Assembly: GCA_001803235.1 (NCBI GenBank)
Contig: MHBL01000443.1
Coordinates: 4,533-68,532 of the forward strand
DNA from: Lentisphaerae bacterium RIFOXYA12_64_32
Lineage (GTDB): Bacteria > Verrucomicrobiota > Lentisphaeria > Oligosphaerales > YB12-FULL-65-16
Direction of reading: 5' to 3'
DNA: 64,000 bases
The notes under the pieces were generated by a model. The model saw only the letters and a list, made by a program, of their open reading frames with translations. It did not search any database and was not told the origin of the DNA. Below are positions 54,030 through 64,000 of this stretch, piece by piece (within the stretch, counting starts at the first letter, position 1; the number at the start of each line of letters is the position of its first letter). The position numbers were made by a program, and so were the translations under genes.

Positions 54030-57000
54030 ATGAACCATCGCCTCATCATCTTGGCTCTGCTTACGTCGGCTGCCAGTGTTGTGCTCTTGCCGGCAGTCCG
54101 CGCCGCCGCGGTTGAGCCGCTGCTGGTGTGGGCGGGTGCGGCGCCGCCGGGCACGGTCGCGGGCGAGACGATCGATGTCGCCAAAGCCTCTCTGCCGGGC
54201 GGCGGCACGGTCGCCGGACTGCAGCCGTTGCGGTTCCTGCCTCCGAACGAACCGCGCCGCGCGGACGCCTGCCGGCCGCTCTGGATCCAGGGCGACGGCG
54301 GCGGATTGGCCGTCGCACTTGGGCCGGCGATCGCGCGCAGCATCTGGGCGCCCGCACAGCGCTCCGCCGTTGTCCAATGCGGTGCGGTCCTTCCCCAACC
54401 GCTGCAACTCAACGGGGTCACGCTTGTGCTCCAGTTCCGCCTGACGGGCGATATGTGCCGGGGCGGCGGCACGCCGCCGTGGGAACTGGACGGCATCCTC
54501 ATGGACCTGCCGCCGTCCGTGTCGCTGCGGTTGCAGGGCGCCGGGCCCACGGGCCGCAACCCGCGCGTGCCGGTCCTGGTCGTGAAGGGGAGTGACGGCC
54601 AGGACACGCGTTTCGCCGCCGACCCGAGTGCCGCCGTTACGTCTGGCGAGTGGCACACGCTGATGGTGTCCTGGACCGCCGCCGTGGCTGCGGACTCCGC
54701 ACCCGCGCCGGTGCGGTTGTGGCTCGATGACGCTGAGGTCGGCATGAAGCCCGTCGCCGGACCAGGCAACCCGAGCGGAGCGCTGCCGCTGGTCGGCCCG
54801 GTCCGTATCGGCGGCGACTGCAACTGGCTCGATGTGCCCATGGATCTGGCCGGGTTCGCGGTGTTCGACCGTGCGATGGGACCGGACGACGCCATGCAGG
54901 CGCTGCGCGGCCAAAGCTACGACCTGCGCCGCGACGCCAACCGCACCGAGGCCTGGACCGTCACCGGCCCGGGCGTAGAACTGACCGACGAAGCCGGCGG
55001 CGTGCTCTCGCTGAAGTTCGGCGACACCGCCCCCGGCGGTACGGTACGACTGGCCCTGAAGGAGCCCGTCCCGGTCGAAGGCGCCGCCGCGCTGAACTTC
55101 TGGTACTGCATGCCGGCGGTCGCCCCGGGCGATTTCGGACACGAGATTCAGGCGCTGTTCTGCACCGCCACCGGTGAGGAGCATGCGGTCAAGGCGGCGC
55201 GCTGCGTCAGCACGCACATTGCACCCGGGAACAGCCGCAAGGCGGGGCTGTGGATGTACGTCATGGCGGACGTGCCCAAGGGCAAGAGCGTCACCGCGTT
55301 CACCGGCTTCAGCGTCAACACCGAGGTGTACGGCAAGGTCTTCACGCCGCACGCCGTGTTCCTGCGTGACCTCGGCGTCGACCGCATCGACTACGGCCGC
55401 GCCAGCCTGTACTACGTGGTCGGCAATTTCCGCGACAACTTCGCCATGGTCGCGTTCAACGGCAGCGGCGCCCGTGCCATGACCGACGCCAGCGGCGGTG
55501 CGCGCCGGCCGTTCGTGAACCTCGACAACCTGCTCGACCAAGCCAAGGACGGCCGCCCGCCCGTCGTCGACCTGCACGTCCAGGCCTTCGACCAGGAGGA
55601 CCGGTTAGTCTGCGAGCGCTGGTTGACCGGCCTCAACACTGCGAACACCGCGGACTTCCTGCAACGAATCGAACTGCCGATCACCGCGCCGGGGACGTAC
55701 CGGATCAAAGGCAAGTCGTACGACGCCACGACCAAGGCATTTTTCACCACCGACTGGGTGCAGCTCATTGTCGTGCGCGGCAACGGCTCGCTGCCGGGCG
55801 AACCGGCCCACCGTGCTGCCGGGCTGCTCTCGATCAACCCCGGCAAGCCGTTCGGGCGCCTGGAGAAGAACGCCCCGTGCGAGATCGAGTTCATCGTTGC
55901 GCCACGTCCGGACACGGCCCTGTCTGAGTCGCTCGAGTTGCGCTACGCGGTTGTACCCAACGTTGTCTGGGTGCCGGGCCGCGCGACCTGCCGCGACGTG
56001 ACGCTCGACCAGACGCTGTCCGTGGCCGGGCCCGGTTCGCTCAAGGTCCCGTACGCACCGCAACACTGCGTCGAACGGGTGGTCGCCGAACTGTGGAGCG
56101 GCACGACCCGGCTCGACCGCGAGGAGCGCCTGATCGGCATCCGCAATGGCCTGGACGCCGCGCCGGCACTGACGGCGCCCATCCCGTCGTTCGCCGAGCT
56201 CACCGCGCCGCACGGCATCTGGATGAACAGCCAGTTCCACGCCCTCGTCGACCGCTGCGGCGACAAGGTGCTGGACGTCGTCGCCCAAAACCTCGACGAG
56301 GTCAAGAAGATCACCCCGAACGTCGGCATGATGCCGGAACTGCACCGGCTCGAGCCCATGCCCGGCGTCTACGACTGGGACTACCTGCAGGCGCTGTTCG
56401 ACCTCGCGGCGCAGCACGGGTGCCGGTTCGTGCTCTACCTCTCGCAGAAGTGGCCGCCCGACTGGGCGCCAGTCGAGTTCTACGAGGACGAGCGCGGCCG
56501 CATTCACGGTACCGGTATCGTCTGGCGGCACATGGTCGGCGGCTACAACTACGCCACCGGCGAGCACGGGCCGGACATCATCCGCGAGTTCAATTGCCAG
56601 CTCGCGCGACGGTTCCTGAACCACCCGGGCTTCGGCGCCTACTACTTCGAGAACGAGCACATCGTCTCGGACGGCTCCACGTCGCTGCCGACTTCGCGCG
56701 ACCCGGCGAACCGCGCGCGCTTCGCCGCGTTCCTGCGCGAGAAGTACGGTGACATCGATGCACTGAACCGGGGCTACGGGACGACGTACTCGTCGTTCGC
56801 CGAAGTGCGCATCCCGGACGGAAATCCGGTGCGGTTCCCGCGCCGCGCCATGCACGCCGACCTGCCGCAGTACGTCATGCGCGCCGCCGAGGATTTCATT
56901 CTCCGCAACCAGTTCGACGCGGTGCGCGCCGAGGACCCGCGCCGCCCGATCATCGTGTACAGCATCGGCATGTCGCACCCGGCGTCGGTCGGGTTCTACC

Positions 57001-58136
57001 GGCACATTGCGGAGAACGGCGGCATCATGGCCAACGGTGGTGTGCACTCGACCTTCGACCACACCACGTTCCGCGACGCGTACCAGGCGGTTCCCGGGCT
57101 CATCGAACGCATGGAACCGCACGACATGTGGAACTACGAGCCCTGCACGTTCGGCTTCGACGACATGCTCTACGGCATGCTCGCCGACGGCGGGCGCGGC
57201 ATTGCCTTCCACTACTTCCTCGACGTCGGCCCGGGACGGCCGTTCAACTACGACACGTACAAAGCCCCGGCCAAGAACGGGTTGTACCGCATCATCGAGA
57301 AATGGGAGAGCCTGTGCGAACTGCGCCAGACCGAACGGCTCCATGATGCGGTCGGCATCATGGATCTGCGCAAGGCGTACAGCTACTTCCTCTCCTACTG
57401 GACGCCCGGCGTGCGGCCGTACATGGCCTCGATCTACGTCTTCAACCATTACGCCCCGTCGATCTACCAACCCGGTATGGACCTGGCGCACCTCGACGGC
57501 AGTCAGGTGCTGTTCCTCACCGGCGAGATCATCGACACGGCGGAGCTCGAGTACGTCCGGCGCCACCTCGCCGCCGGCAAGACGGTGGTGCTCGATTCGA
57601 CCGCGGCCAGCTTCAGTTTCGCGGACCCGGACCGGCCAAGCCGGCACTGCCTGCTGGAGTCGCTGGGGCTCGACCCGCTCGCCGCTGGCGAGCAGCTCCC
57701 CGGCGTGTCCTTCCCGCATGACGTCCTGGGGGTGGGAAAAGGCCGGGTTCTGATTCTGCGCACCCCGCTGGGCGGTGAACCGTGGGGAGGCATTGTGCCG
57801 GCGATCATGGCGTGGGCCGGCGTCACCGAACGGCTGGCCGACAGCGACGACAAGTTCATGCAGATGCACACGTTGCAGGCCGGCGATGTGTACTACCTGG
57901 TTACGGCGCACCGCGGGTTCGACCCGAACGGCTACGACGGCCCGAAGGAGTGGGAGGGCAATGTCCGGTTTCTCAAGCCGCTGCCCGAGGGGAACTACCG
58001 CGTCAGCGAGATCTGGGTGGCCCGGGATCGCGAGATCGGGGTAATGACCCCGGCCGCGCTGGCGACCACCGGATTCGGCGCCGGCAAGTACGCCGAACTG
58101 CAGATGAAGGTGTTCCGCATCGCGCCGGTGCGGTAG
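54030..58136 (+). CDS. Large secreted multidomain glycoside-hydrolase-like protein (LamG-like + GH-A/GH42-like TIM barrel + trimerisation-like domain)
   Basis: Signal peptide, GEWHTLMVSW..RLWLDD (LamG-like), RLEPMPGVYDWDYL, YYFENE and FLREKYGDIDALNRGYGTTYSSFAEV (GH42-type). Confidence 0.7.
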   Translation: MNHRLIILALLTSAASVVLLPAVRAAAVEPLLVWAGAAPPGTVAGETIDVAKASLPGGGTVAGLQPLRFLPPNEPRRADACRPLWIQGDGGGLAVALGPAIARSIWAPAQRSAVVQCGAVLPQPLQLNGVTLVLQFRLTGDMCRGGGTPPWELDGILMDLPPSVSLRLQGAGPTGRNPRVPVLVVKGSDGQDTRFAADPSAAVTSGEWHTLMVSWTAAVAADSAPAPVRLWLDDAEVGMKPVAGPGNPSGALPLVGPVRIGGDCNWLDVPMDLAGFAVFDRAMGPDDAMQALRGQSYDLRRDANRTEAWTVTGPGVELTDEAGGVLSLKFGDTAPGGTVRLALKEPVPVEGAAALNFWYCMPAVAPGDFGHEIQALFCTATGEEHAVKAARCVSTHIAPGNSRKAGLWMYVMADVPKGKSVTAFTGFSVNTEVYGKVFTPHAVFLRDLGVDRIDYGRASLYYVVGNFRDNFAMVAFNGSGARAMTDASGGARRPFVNLDNLLDQAKDGRPPVVDLHVQAFDQEDRLVCERWLTGLNTANTADFLQRIELPITAPGTYRIKGKSYDATTKAFFTTDWVQLIVVRGNGSLPGEPAHRAAGLLSINPGKPFGRLEKNAPCEIEFIVAPRPDTALSESLELRYAVVPNVVWVPGRATCRDVTLDQTLSVAGPGSLKVPYAPQHCVERVVAELWSGTTRLDREERLIGIRNGLDAAPALTAPIPSFAELTAPHGIWMNSQFHALVDRCGDKVLDVVAQNLDEVKKITPNVGMMPELHRLEPMPGVYDWDYLQALFDLAAQHGCRFVLYLSQKWPPDWAPVEFYEDERGRIHGTGIVWRHMVGGYNYATGEHGPDIIREFNCQLARRFLNHPGFGAYYFENEHIVSDGSTSLPTSRDPANRARFAAFLREKYGDIDALNRGYGTTYSSFAEVRIPDGNPVRFPRRAMHADLPQYVMRAAEDFILRNQFDAVRAEDPRRPIIVYSIGMSHPASVGFYRHIAENGGIMANGGVHSTFDHTTFRDAYQAVPGLIERMEPHDMWNYEPCTFGFDDMLYGMLADGGRGIAFHYFLDVGPGRPFNYDTYKAPAKNGLYRIIEKWESLCELRQTERLHDAVGIMDLRKAYSYFLSYWTPGVRPYMASIYVFNHYAPSIYQPGMDLAHLDGSQVLFLTGEIIDTAELEYVRRHLAAGKTVVLDSTAASFSFADPDRPSRHCLLESLGLDPLAAGEQLPGVSFPHDVLGVGKGRVLILRTPLGGEPWGGIVPAIMAWAGVTERLADSDDKFMQMHTLQAGDVYYLVTAHRGFDPNGYDGPKEWEGNVRFLKPLPEGNYRVSEIWVARDREIGVMTPAALATTGFGAGKYAELQMKVFRIAPVR

Positions 58137-58222
58137 CCGCCGGAGAAACAATCGAGACAAGCCGCCGGAGTTCGCCAGCGATCGGGCGCGCAGTGGCTCG
58201 GCGCGTCCCGCGCCGAAGCGGA

Positions 58223-58254
58223 GACTCGGTCCGGGACGGACCCGAGGCACCCTA
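58223..58254 (-). repeat. GTAG-type REP hairpin
   Basis: Minus strand GTAGGGTGCCTCGGGTCCGTCCCGGACCGAG. Confidence 0.4.
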
Positions 58255-58325
58255 CTGCGGTCCCAGAGGTCCCGCGCCACTGCCCGCCGCTGCGGACAAC
58301 GGGTAACGGACACAGGAGACAAGAT

Positions 58326-59060
58326 ATGCGTGCGACCAGTGCTCTATCGATTCTGACGGGAATCCTGTTGGCGTCGCCAGTCCTGGCAGAAGACGCCTTC
58401 ACAACGGACGTCATCCAGACATCAGAGGGCGCCCTGCAAATCACCTTCATCGGTCACGCGACCTTGATGTTCACGTCCGGGGGCAAGGTCATCTGCATCG
58501 ATCCGTGGAGCAAGCTGGCCGACTACTCGAAACTGCCGAAAGCCGACCTCATTCTGATCACGCACGAACATCACGACCACTTGGACACTGGCGCGGTTCA
58601 GGCCGTGACCAAGGACGGCACACAGGTCGTGGCCAACGCCGCCGCGGCTGAGAAGGTCGCCGGAAGCATGATCATGAAGAACGGCGATGTGAAGACCGTG
58701 TTGGGCGTGAAGATCGAAGCGGTCCCGGCCTACAACCTGGTGCATCGGCGTGACAACGGTCAACCGTATCACCTCAAAGGCGGCGGGAACGGGTACGTGC
58801 TCACGTTCGGGGACCAGCGGGTCTACGTGGCGGGTGACACGGAGAATACCCCGGAGATGAAAAGCCTGCCCGACATCGATTGCGCGTTCCTACCCATGAA
58901 CCTGCCGCACACCATGACCCCGGAAATGGTGGCGGACGCTGCCAGGGCGCTGAAGGTCAAGACCCTCTACCCCTACCACTTCGGCGACACGGACACGTCG
59001 GCGCTGGCGGACCTGCTCAGGGGCACGGATATCGACGTGCGCATCCGTCCCCTGAAGTGA
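58326..59060 (+). CDS. Secreted MBL-fold metallo-hydrolase (UlaG-like)
   Basis: FIGHATL, IDPW, ILITHEHHDHLD, YVAGDTE and YPYHFG. Confidence 0.88.
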   Translation: MRATSALSILTGILLASPVLAEDAFTTDVIQTSEGALQITFIGHATLMFTSGGKVICIDPWSKLADYSKLPKADLILITHEHHDHLDTGAVQAVTKDGTQVVANAAAAEKVAGSMIMKNGDVKTVLGVKIEAVPAYNLVHRRDNGQPYHLKGGGNGYVLTFGDQRVYVAGDTENTPEMKSLPDIDCAFLPMNLPHTMTPEMVADAARALKVKTLYPYHFGDTDTSALADLLRGTDIDVRIRPLK

Positions 59061-59167
59061 GCATCGGACAACCGTGGGCGAAATACTGTTGAAAAGGGCG
59101 GCACGCGTCGAGGTGGAGTTGCGCCGCCGTCTCCCGAGTGTCGCACCGGCCCCCGGGGCGCTGGTAT

Positions 59168-59908
59168 TTACCGCGGGGTGAAATCATCCGTGGTCGTGTG
59201 GTTCTGCCACGCCATATGGCCGTCCGCGAAGCAGAAATTGTAGCCGTTACTGTGCCGGCGGACCATGATCAGGTACGATGCCGTCAGGGGCCAGGCACCG
59301 GGCACGCTGTTGTAGAGATCCCGCAACGTCGTTGTCGAAGAACGCATGTCCAACTGTTTGAGGCCGTCCGCAACCATCATGCAGGTGCTCGGTTTCCTGA
59401 CATTCATTCGCCGCCGTTTGCCCGGATCGCCCATGTACACGTTGTTTACTTCGATATAGTTCGTCATGCTGTAGTTGAACGTATACGGGGTCGGGAAGGA
59501 GTAGTACGAATCCATGTCGGTGGCACGGCGTAACACCAGCTTGGGACACTGGTACACGTTGGTGTCGCCGATCTGCGGGTAGCTCTGCTCCGCCCACGTG
59601 ATGTACCTGCCGGTTTCTCCCGGCCATCCCGCAATGGGACGTGCGTTGTCCGAGGTATTGTGCCAGAGAATGGGATACCATTCGTCATAGTCGTCCACAT
59701 ACATCATGATTGCATTTCCAACCTGTTTCAGATTCGAGGCGCAGGTCACCGTATGCCCCCTTTCCTTGGCCTGCTGGAGCGCTGGCAGGAGCAAGGAGGC
59801 CAGGATGCCGATAATGGCGATGACGACCAGCAGTTCTATCAGGGTGAAGCGCATTGCGACGAGAACCGCGACGCGCCATGGGGCAGAGGTGTTCCGCATG
59901 ATCCCCAA
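59168..59908 (-). CDS. Prepilin-type N-methylation / DUF1559-type protein with an H-X9-DG C-terminal motif
   Basis: [29 protein letters not shown]...CASNLKQVG and [15 protein letters not shown]. Confidence 0.9.
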   Translation of the reverse strand: MGIMRNTSAPWRVAVLVAMRFTLIELLVVIAIIGILASLLLPALQQAKERGHTVTCASNLKQVGNAIMMYVDDYDEWYPILWHNTSDNARPIAGWPGETGRYITWAEQSYPQIGDTNVYQCPKLVLRRATDMDSYYSFPTPYTFNYSMTNYIEVNNVYMGDPGKRRRMNVRKPSTCMMVADGLKQLDMRSSTTTLRDLYNSVPGAWPLTASYLIMVRRHSNGYNFCFADGHMAWQNHTTTDDFTPR

Positions 59909-60036
59909 CCTTCCTTATGGTCCCGGGTAACCCCGGTTGTGATGCTCTCTGTGACCAAGAACCCTGTGCCTGCCACAACCCCAGATGCTTGCCAAGCCCC
60001 CTGGACGGTTGACCGGGAGGCGGAGTCGGTTCGCAG

Positions 60037-60234
60037 CTACCGTTCCTTTTTCGCGACGCCTGCCTTGTCGAGGATGTCCTCCATCAGGCACCACCGCGTG
60101 AAGGCGGACTGCAGCAGGTTCAATCCGACGAAGGCGGTGAGGAACAACCAGTACCTGCTGTGGAAGTGCGCCAACGCCAGCGAGACCAGGATGAAGGTGC
60201 CGGCGATGGCCCGAATGTATTGCTCCATCTTCAT
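60037..60234 (-). CDS. DUF2892 (YgaP-like) membrane protein
   Basis: IRAIAGTFIL...WLFLTAFVGLNLLQSAFTRWCLM. Confidence 0.85.
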   Translation of the reverse strand: MKMEQYIRAIAGTFILVSLALAHFHSRYWLFLTAFVGLNLLQSAFTRWCLMEDILDKAGVAKKER

Positions 60235-60327
60235 CGTATGCTTCTGTTCCTTAACCCTTGCCCCTTGCCCGTTCCCGATTCCGAAATGCAAAATGTGAGG
60301 ACTAAGGTTTTCGTCGACGTCGCCATC

Positions 60328-60460
60328 TGCAGTGCTGTGGCAAGTCCGCCACGGGCGGCGCGACACCGCTTTGGCTGAGACGCATTGCCCGCGCGACGTG
60401 CCTCAGCCAAAGCGGCGTCGCCGTCCCGCCCATCGGGCGGGACTCTGCCGCCGCACTCCA
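60328..60460. repeat. Palindromic REP-type element
   Basis: CGACACCGCTTTGGCTGAG/CTCAGCCAAAGCGGCGTCG inner stem, with outer TGCAGTGCTGTGGCA/TGCCGCCGCACTCCA. Confidence 0.6.
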
Positions 60461-60586
60461 CATGCCGCTGTCGATGGCCACGATTCGCCGCGATCCCGAC
60501 GCGTTTGCCCAGCGCGATGGCCACGCGGCACCGGAGAACCTGAGTGGCATTGCCCCCCCCCCCAACCAGACCGGCCGGCCATCCGC

Positions 60587-63500
60587 TCACTTCACCGCGA
60601 ACGTGGCGGTCTGCACCTTTCGCGTGAACAGTTCGGTGGCCTCGACAGTCCACATCCCCCGCGGGTCGTTCCAGGCGATCGGCAGCGGGAATGCCGTGCC
60701 CGTTGCGTCTGCCAGGACGACGCGGTCCAGCCACTCGGCAGGCTGACCTTCGGGCGTCTTGACGCGGACCCGGACTGCCTGCAGGCCCTGCGCCTGCGGC
60801 GCCGTGATTCGCGCGGTCAAGACCTGCCCCGGCGTCGCCTCCGGCTTATCCACCGCCACCTGAAGAGGTGCGGACTCCGCACGCAGCAATGCGTAGAACT
60901 GCGCTCGGTAAGGCGTAACCGTCAGGTCGAAAGCAGAGACCGACCCGAGATCACGGCCGCCCTTCAGGTCGTACACCCGCGCCGCCTCGCCCAGCGTCAC
61001 GCGCGCCGTGTCCGGTTTGCCCTGGTGCCGGAAGATCGATACGATCTCGATGCTGCCGTTCCGCCATCGTGTGACCTCGATGTTACGCAGCCGCTTTTCG
61101 CCTGCCGCCAGGGCCATAGCCGGCTTCACGCCTGCCAGGTTGAACAGCGCCCGCACCATGTCGGCGTAGGAGTCGTCGGCCTGTTCACTGTCCAGCGGGG
61201 GTGCACTGTTCAAGGCGAAGTTCAGCAGTACGGCGCGGCCCTTGCCGAACGTGTTGACCAGGACCAGCGGTGTTTTGCCCGCCGCGCCCAGCGCGGTCGC
61301 GCCGGCCGTCTCGATGCCGCCGTCCGCCCGGATCTTTGTAAACCCGGTCGCCACGGCCGTTCCGCCCAGGTCGCCCTTAGCCGTTCCGTCCGCAATGACC
61401 GCTTCGCCGGCGCCGGTGCGCCGAATGCCGAACACGTCGTCGAGCGCGCCGGTTGCCAGCGCCTTGAGGTGCCCGTCATAGATGGCCGGCCGCACATCGG
61501 CGACCAGCACGCCACCGTTGCGGACGTACTCGCGCAGAACCTCGGCCTCCTTCGGCCCCACCGCCTGCGTGAACGGCAGGATCAGGACCCGGAACTGCTC
61601 CGGCTTGAACTCGCCCAGTCGCAGCATGCGGTCCGTGACGTAGCGGAAGTTCAGGCCCAGATCGCGGATCGCCTTGTGCCAGGCCACATGGTCCGACTCA
61701 TAGCTGCCGAATGACGGACCGGTCTGCACGCGGCACGCATACGCCGACGGCTGCGAGAACAGGATTCCGACCCCGTCGTCGAGCATCTCGTACTTCAGCA
61801 GCAGGTCGCCCAGCCCGTCACGCACGATCTGCGTGTCGGCGAGGATGTCTTTGACCGCCGGGTACGGGTCGAGGGTCGGGGACAGCCAGCCGTGGAACCG
61901 GCCGATGCAATCCCAGCGCCACCACCACACCGAATCACAGCCGCGCGTGACCATGCGCCAGTACTTTTCGAGCAGGGTGTCCGCATCCTTGGTGTACCCC
62001 ATCCAGTTCGCGCGTGGGAACTCTCGCGGCGCGATCGACCGTACGACTTCGTCGGCCGTGCCCGGGTAGGGGGACCAGAATGTGTTGGCGCGGACAAACC
62101 CGTCCAGGTCGTCGGCCGCCTGGAATGTGCCGGCGCCCTCGAACCCGCACTTGGACTGCGGGTCCAGCGCCCGGAACGCGTTGCCGAACCGTTCGCAGAG
62201 CTTGCAGAAGCCGTCGGACTGGAAGGCCTGACGGTCGAACCAGCGCGGCAGGTTGCCGGCGCGGAGCGCCTCGGCCTCGTCGTTGTCGTCTGCCTTGGTG
62301 AGGTTGATCTGGTCGAAGCCGGCAAACGTGGTGCCCCACGACTCGTTCAACGCCTTGATGTCGCCATACTGCTCCTGGAGGTAGCGCTGGTAGGCGGCCA
62401 GGCACGAGGGCGCGAAACACGAGCCGCGCACGTCGCCTTCGTCCCCGAGCGAGTAGACGAACACGCCGTGCTTGCGGGCATCCTCGTACTTCTTCACGAT
62501 GCCGTCCACGTGCGCCTGGATGCCGGCCTCGTCGTGCCAGCAGGCGGGTTTCATGACGCCCTTGTCGTCGCGGGCCGCCAGGATGCGGGTCGTGTACGGC
62601 ACCCAAGCCAGGTCGTAGGCGGCAACCACGGGTGCCGGGTTGCCGCCGCTGAGGTGCGTCGTGATCCCGGACTTGGCCAGGCTCTCCTCGCCGACTGCGG
62701 CCAGGCTGCCAGTGGGCCGGTCCCACATCACGAAGTTGAACTGGCCCCGGTGCCGCTTGGTGACCCGCGCGAAACGCCAGGCACTGGCGATCTCCTGCTG
62801 GCCATTGACCAGAGTCGCCTGCACGCGCAGCAGCATGGGCAGACGATCGGTCACGTCCAGGCTGAACAGCACGGCCTCTGGCGTCGAGTCCAGTTCCTGG
62901 CGCACCAATTCCCGCCCACGCCGGTCGAAGAGACTCAGCACGAGCCGCTCGCCGGCACCGGCGCGCGGTCCGGCCAGCTTGACCGTGCCGGTGAGTTTTT
63001 CGCCGATTTCGGCCCAGTCCCGGTCGAGCACCAGTTCAGCCACCTGGCGTGGACTGACGACCGCGAATTCCGCACTCGTGAACGCTTCGGTCCCGCGCGC
63101 ACTGCGTGCGATCACATCGAGGTGGTACACCCCGGCGCACAGTGCCGGGGCCGCAATCGGGGCCGTGCCCTGCGCCCGGGTTGCGGGGATCGCCGGCAGC
63201 GCCAGCACGGTGCCGTCCCACCGGCGCAGGCGCACGTCCAGCTTCAGGTCCGGCGGCAGTTGCGCGGTCTGCCATTTCACGCTCGACACTGCGCCGGGCA
63301 GTGTTGTGGACTGAACTTCGGCTGCCGGACGCTCGAGACCCAACTCCAGTTGTGGCGCCTTGCCCGCAGCCCACAGCACGGCTTTGCCCAGCCGCTGCTG
63401 CCAGGCGTCGTACAGCACATCCCAGCCCACGGTGTACTCAATGCTCGGCTTGGCCGGCAGCAGGATGCCGCGGCCGTCTTTGATCTGATAGGCCGACCCC

Positions 63501-64000
63501 ACGGGGCCGTCCGCGAGGAAGCCAGGCAGGTCCGTGACCTGGTTCTGCGGCTTGAACAGCCGCTTGTCTTCCGTTCCGCACAGCACCAGTCCGGCACCGT
63601 CCGTCACCTGTTTCAGCAGTCGGTACTGGGCTTCGGTTGGGAGTCGTTCGACAGGAATGCCGATGAACACGAACGTGTCCCACTTCTCACCGAGCAGGCG
63701 CAGGATGCGCTGCACGCCGAGATCGCCGCCGTGCCAGCCTTCCTGGGTGCTGTCCACGATTCGCGCCCAGAAGACCATCTGCGGATCAATGTCGAAACGC
63801 TGCTTGAGTTCGATGACCTCGCGCGGGTCGGTGCCGCGCCCCCACGTGAAGAAGAGGACACGCGACGTGCCCAGCGCGTACGGTTTCGCCCACGCGGTGT
63901 GCGGCGAGACGATGTCCGTGTTGACCGAGTGATCCAGTTCCAGTTCCGTGGTGTCCTGCGCGGGTGCCCACCCGGCCATGACCAGGAGCGCGGAACCGAA
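60587..64000 (-). CDS. Large secreted GH42-like/beta-galactosidase trimerisation-domain protein (5' end probably just outside window)
   Basis: YSLGDEGD, YLQEQYGDIKALNESWGTTFAGFDQI, FRVLILPF..LREYVRNGGVLVAD, VNTFGKGRAVLLN and C-terminal PIAWNDPRGMW. Confidence 0.7.
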   Translation of the reverse strand, partial: FGSALLVMAGWAPAQDTTELELDHSVNTDIVSPHTAWAKPYALGTSRVLFFTWGRGTDPREVIELKQRFDIDPQMVFWARIVDSTQEGWHGGDLGVQRILRLLGEKWDTFVFIGIPVERLPTEAQYRLLKQVTDGAGLVLCGTEDKRLFKPQNQVTDLPGFLADGPVGSAYQIKDGRGILLPAKPSIEYTVGWDVLYDAWQQRLGKAVLWAAGKAPQLELGLERPAAEVQSTTLPGAVSSVKWQTAQLPPDLKLDVRLRRWDGTVLALPAIPATRAQGTAPIAAPALCAGVYHLDVIARSARGTEAFTSAEFAVVSPRQVAELVLDRDWAEIGEKLTGTVKLAGPRAGAGERLVLSLFDRRGRELVRQELDSTPEAVLFSLDVTDRLPMLLRVQATLVNGQQEIASAWRFARVTKRHRGQFNFVMWDRPTGSLAAVGEESLAKSGITTHLSGGNPAPVVAAYDLAWVPYTTRILAARDDKGVMKPACWHDEAGIQAHVDGIVKKYEDARKHGVFVYSLGDEGDVRGSCFAPSCLAAYQRYLQEQYGDIKALNESWGTTFAGFDQINLTKADDNDEAEALRAGNLPRWFDRQAFQSDGFCKLCERFGNAFRALDPQSKCGFEGAGTFQAADDLDGFVRANTFWSPYPGTADEVVRSIAPREFPRANWMGYTKDADTLLEKYWRMVTRGCDSVWWWRWDCIGRFHGWLSPTLDPYPAVKDILADTQIVRDGLGDLLLKYEMLDDGVGILFSQPSAYACRVQTGPSFGSYESDHVAWHKAIRDLGLNFRYVTDRMLRLGEFKPEQFRVLILPFTQAVGPKEAEVLREYVRNGGVLVADVRPAIYDGHLKALATGALDDVFGIRRTGAGEAVIADGTAKGDLGGTAVATGFTKIRADGGIETAGATALGAAGKTPLVLVNTFGKGRAVLLNFALNSAPPLDSEQADDSYADMVRALFNLAGVKPAMALAAGEKRLRNIEVTRWRNGSIEIVSIFRHQGKPDTARVTLGEAARVYDLKGGRDLGSVSAFDLTVTPYRAQFYALLRAESAPLQVAVDKPEATPGQVLTARITAPQAQGLQAVRVRVKTPEGQPAEWLDRVVLADATGTAFPLPIAWNDPRGMWTVEATELFTRKVQTATFAVK

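Noticed and set aside
23692-58322. Long antisense ORFs (e.g. 23692-26217, 44889-47768, 48339-50672, 55605-58322)
   Set aside because: They are shadow ORFs opposite well-supported genes, expected from high GC3 codon bias.

Overview
GC-rich bacterial chromosomal segment. The gene repertoire (DUF1559/H-X9-DG prepilin-like protein, many secreted carbohydrate-active-type proteins, UroD-like paralogues) suggests a PVC-group organism such as Lentisphaerae; this is an inference. From left to right: (1) 1-14 kb, a cluster of right-handed beta-helix proteins (three close paralogues) interleaved with two UroD/MtaA-like genes, two gene remnants and a MITE; (2) a vapBC module, two GH29 alpha-L-fucosidases, an EamA transporter, a small J-domain protein, tatD, a four-helix-bundle protein, a SurA-like PPIase, frameshifted prfB and tkt; (3) a complete type I-E CRISPR-Cas locus at 27.1-38.0 kb (cas3-cas8e-cas11-cas6e-[X]-cas7-cas5-cas1-cas2-[YprB-like exonuclease]-array of 8 repeats and 7 spacers); (4) galU, a glucuronokinase-like kinase, an oxidoreductase, ilvE, rpsD, tRNA-Gln, rdgC-like, trpS, glmM, a GlmU-like acetyltransferase, a DegT aminotransferase and a YejE-like permease; (5) convergent hicAB and vapBC modules, two large GH42-like proteins, an MBL hydrolase, and DUF1559 and DUF2892 genes. 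The strongest candidate for a new system is the pair of non-canonical genes co-oriented inside the Cas locus. One is a HEAT-repeat/Zn-finger/PD-(D/E)xK-type nuclease between cas6e and cas7. The other is a stand-alone DEDD/RNase-H-like exonuclease between cas2 and the leader. All calls are from motif recognition by eye; no database searches were run.
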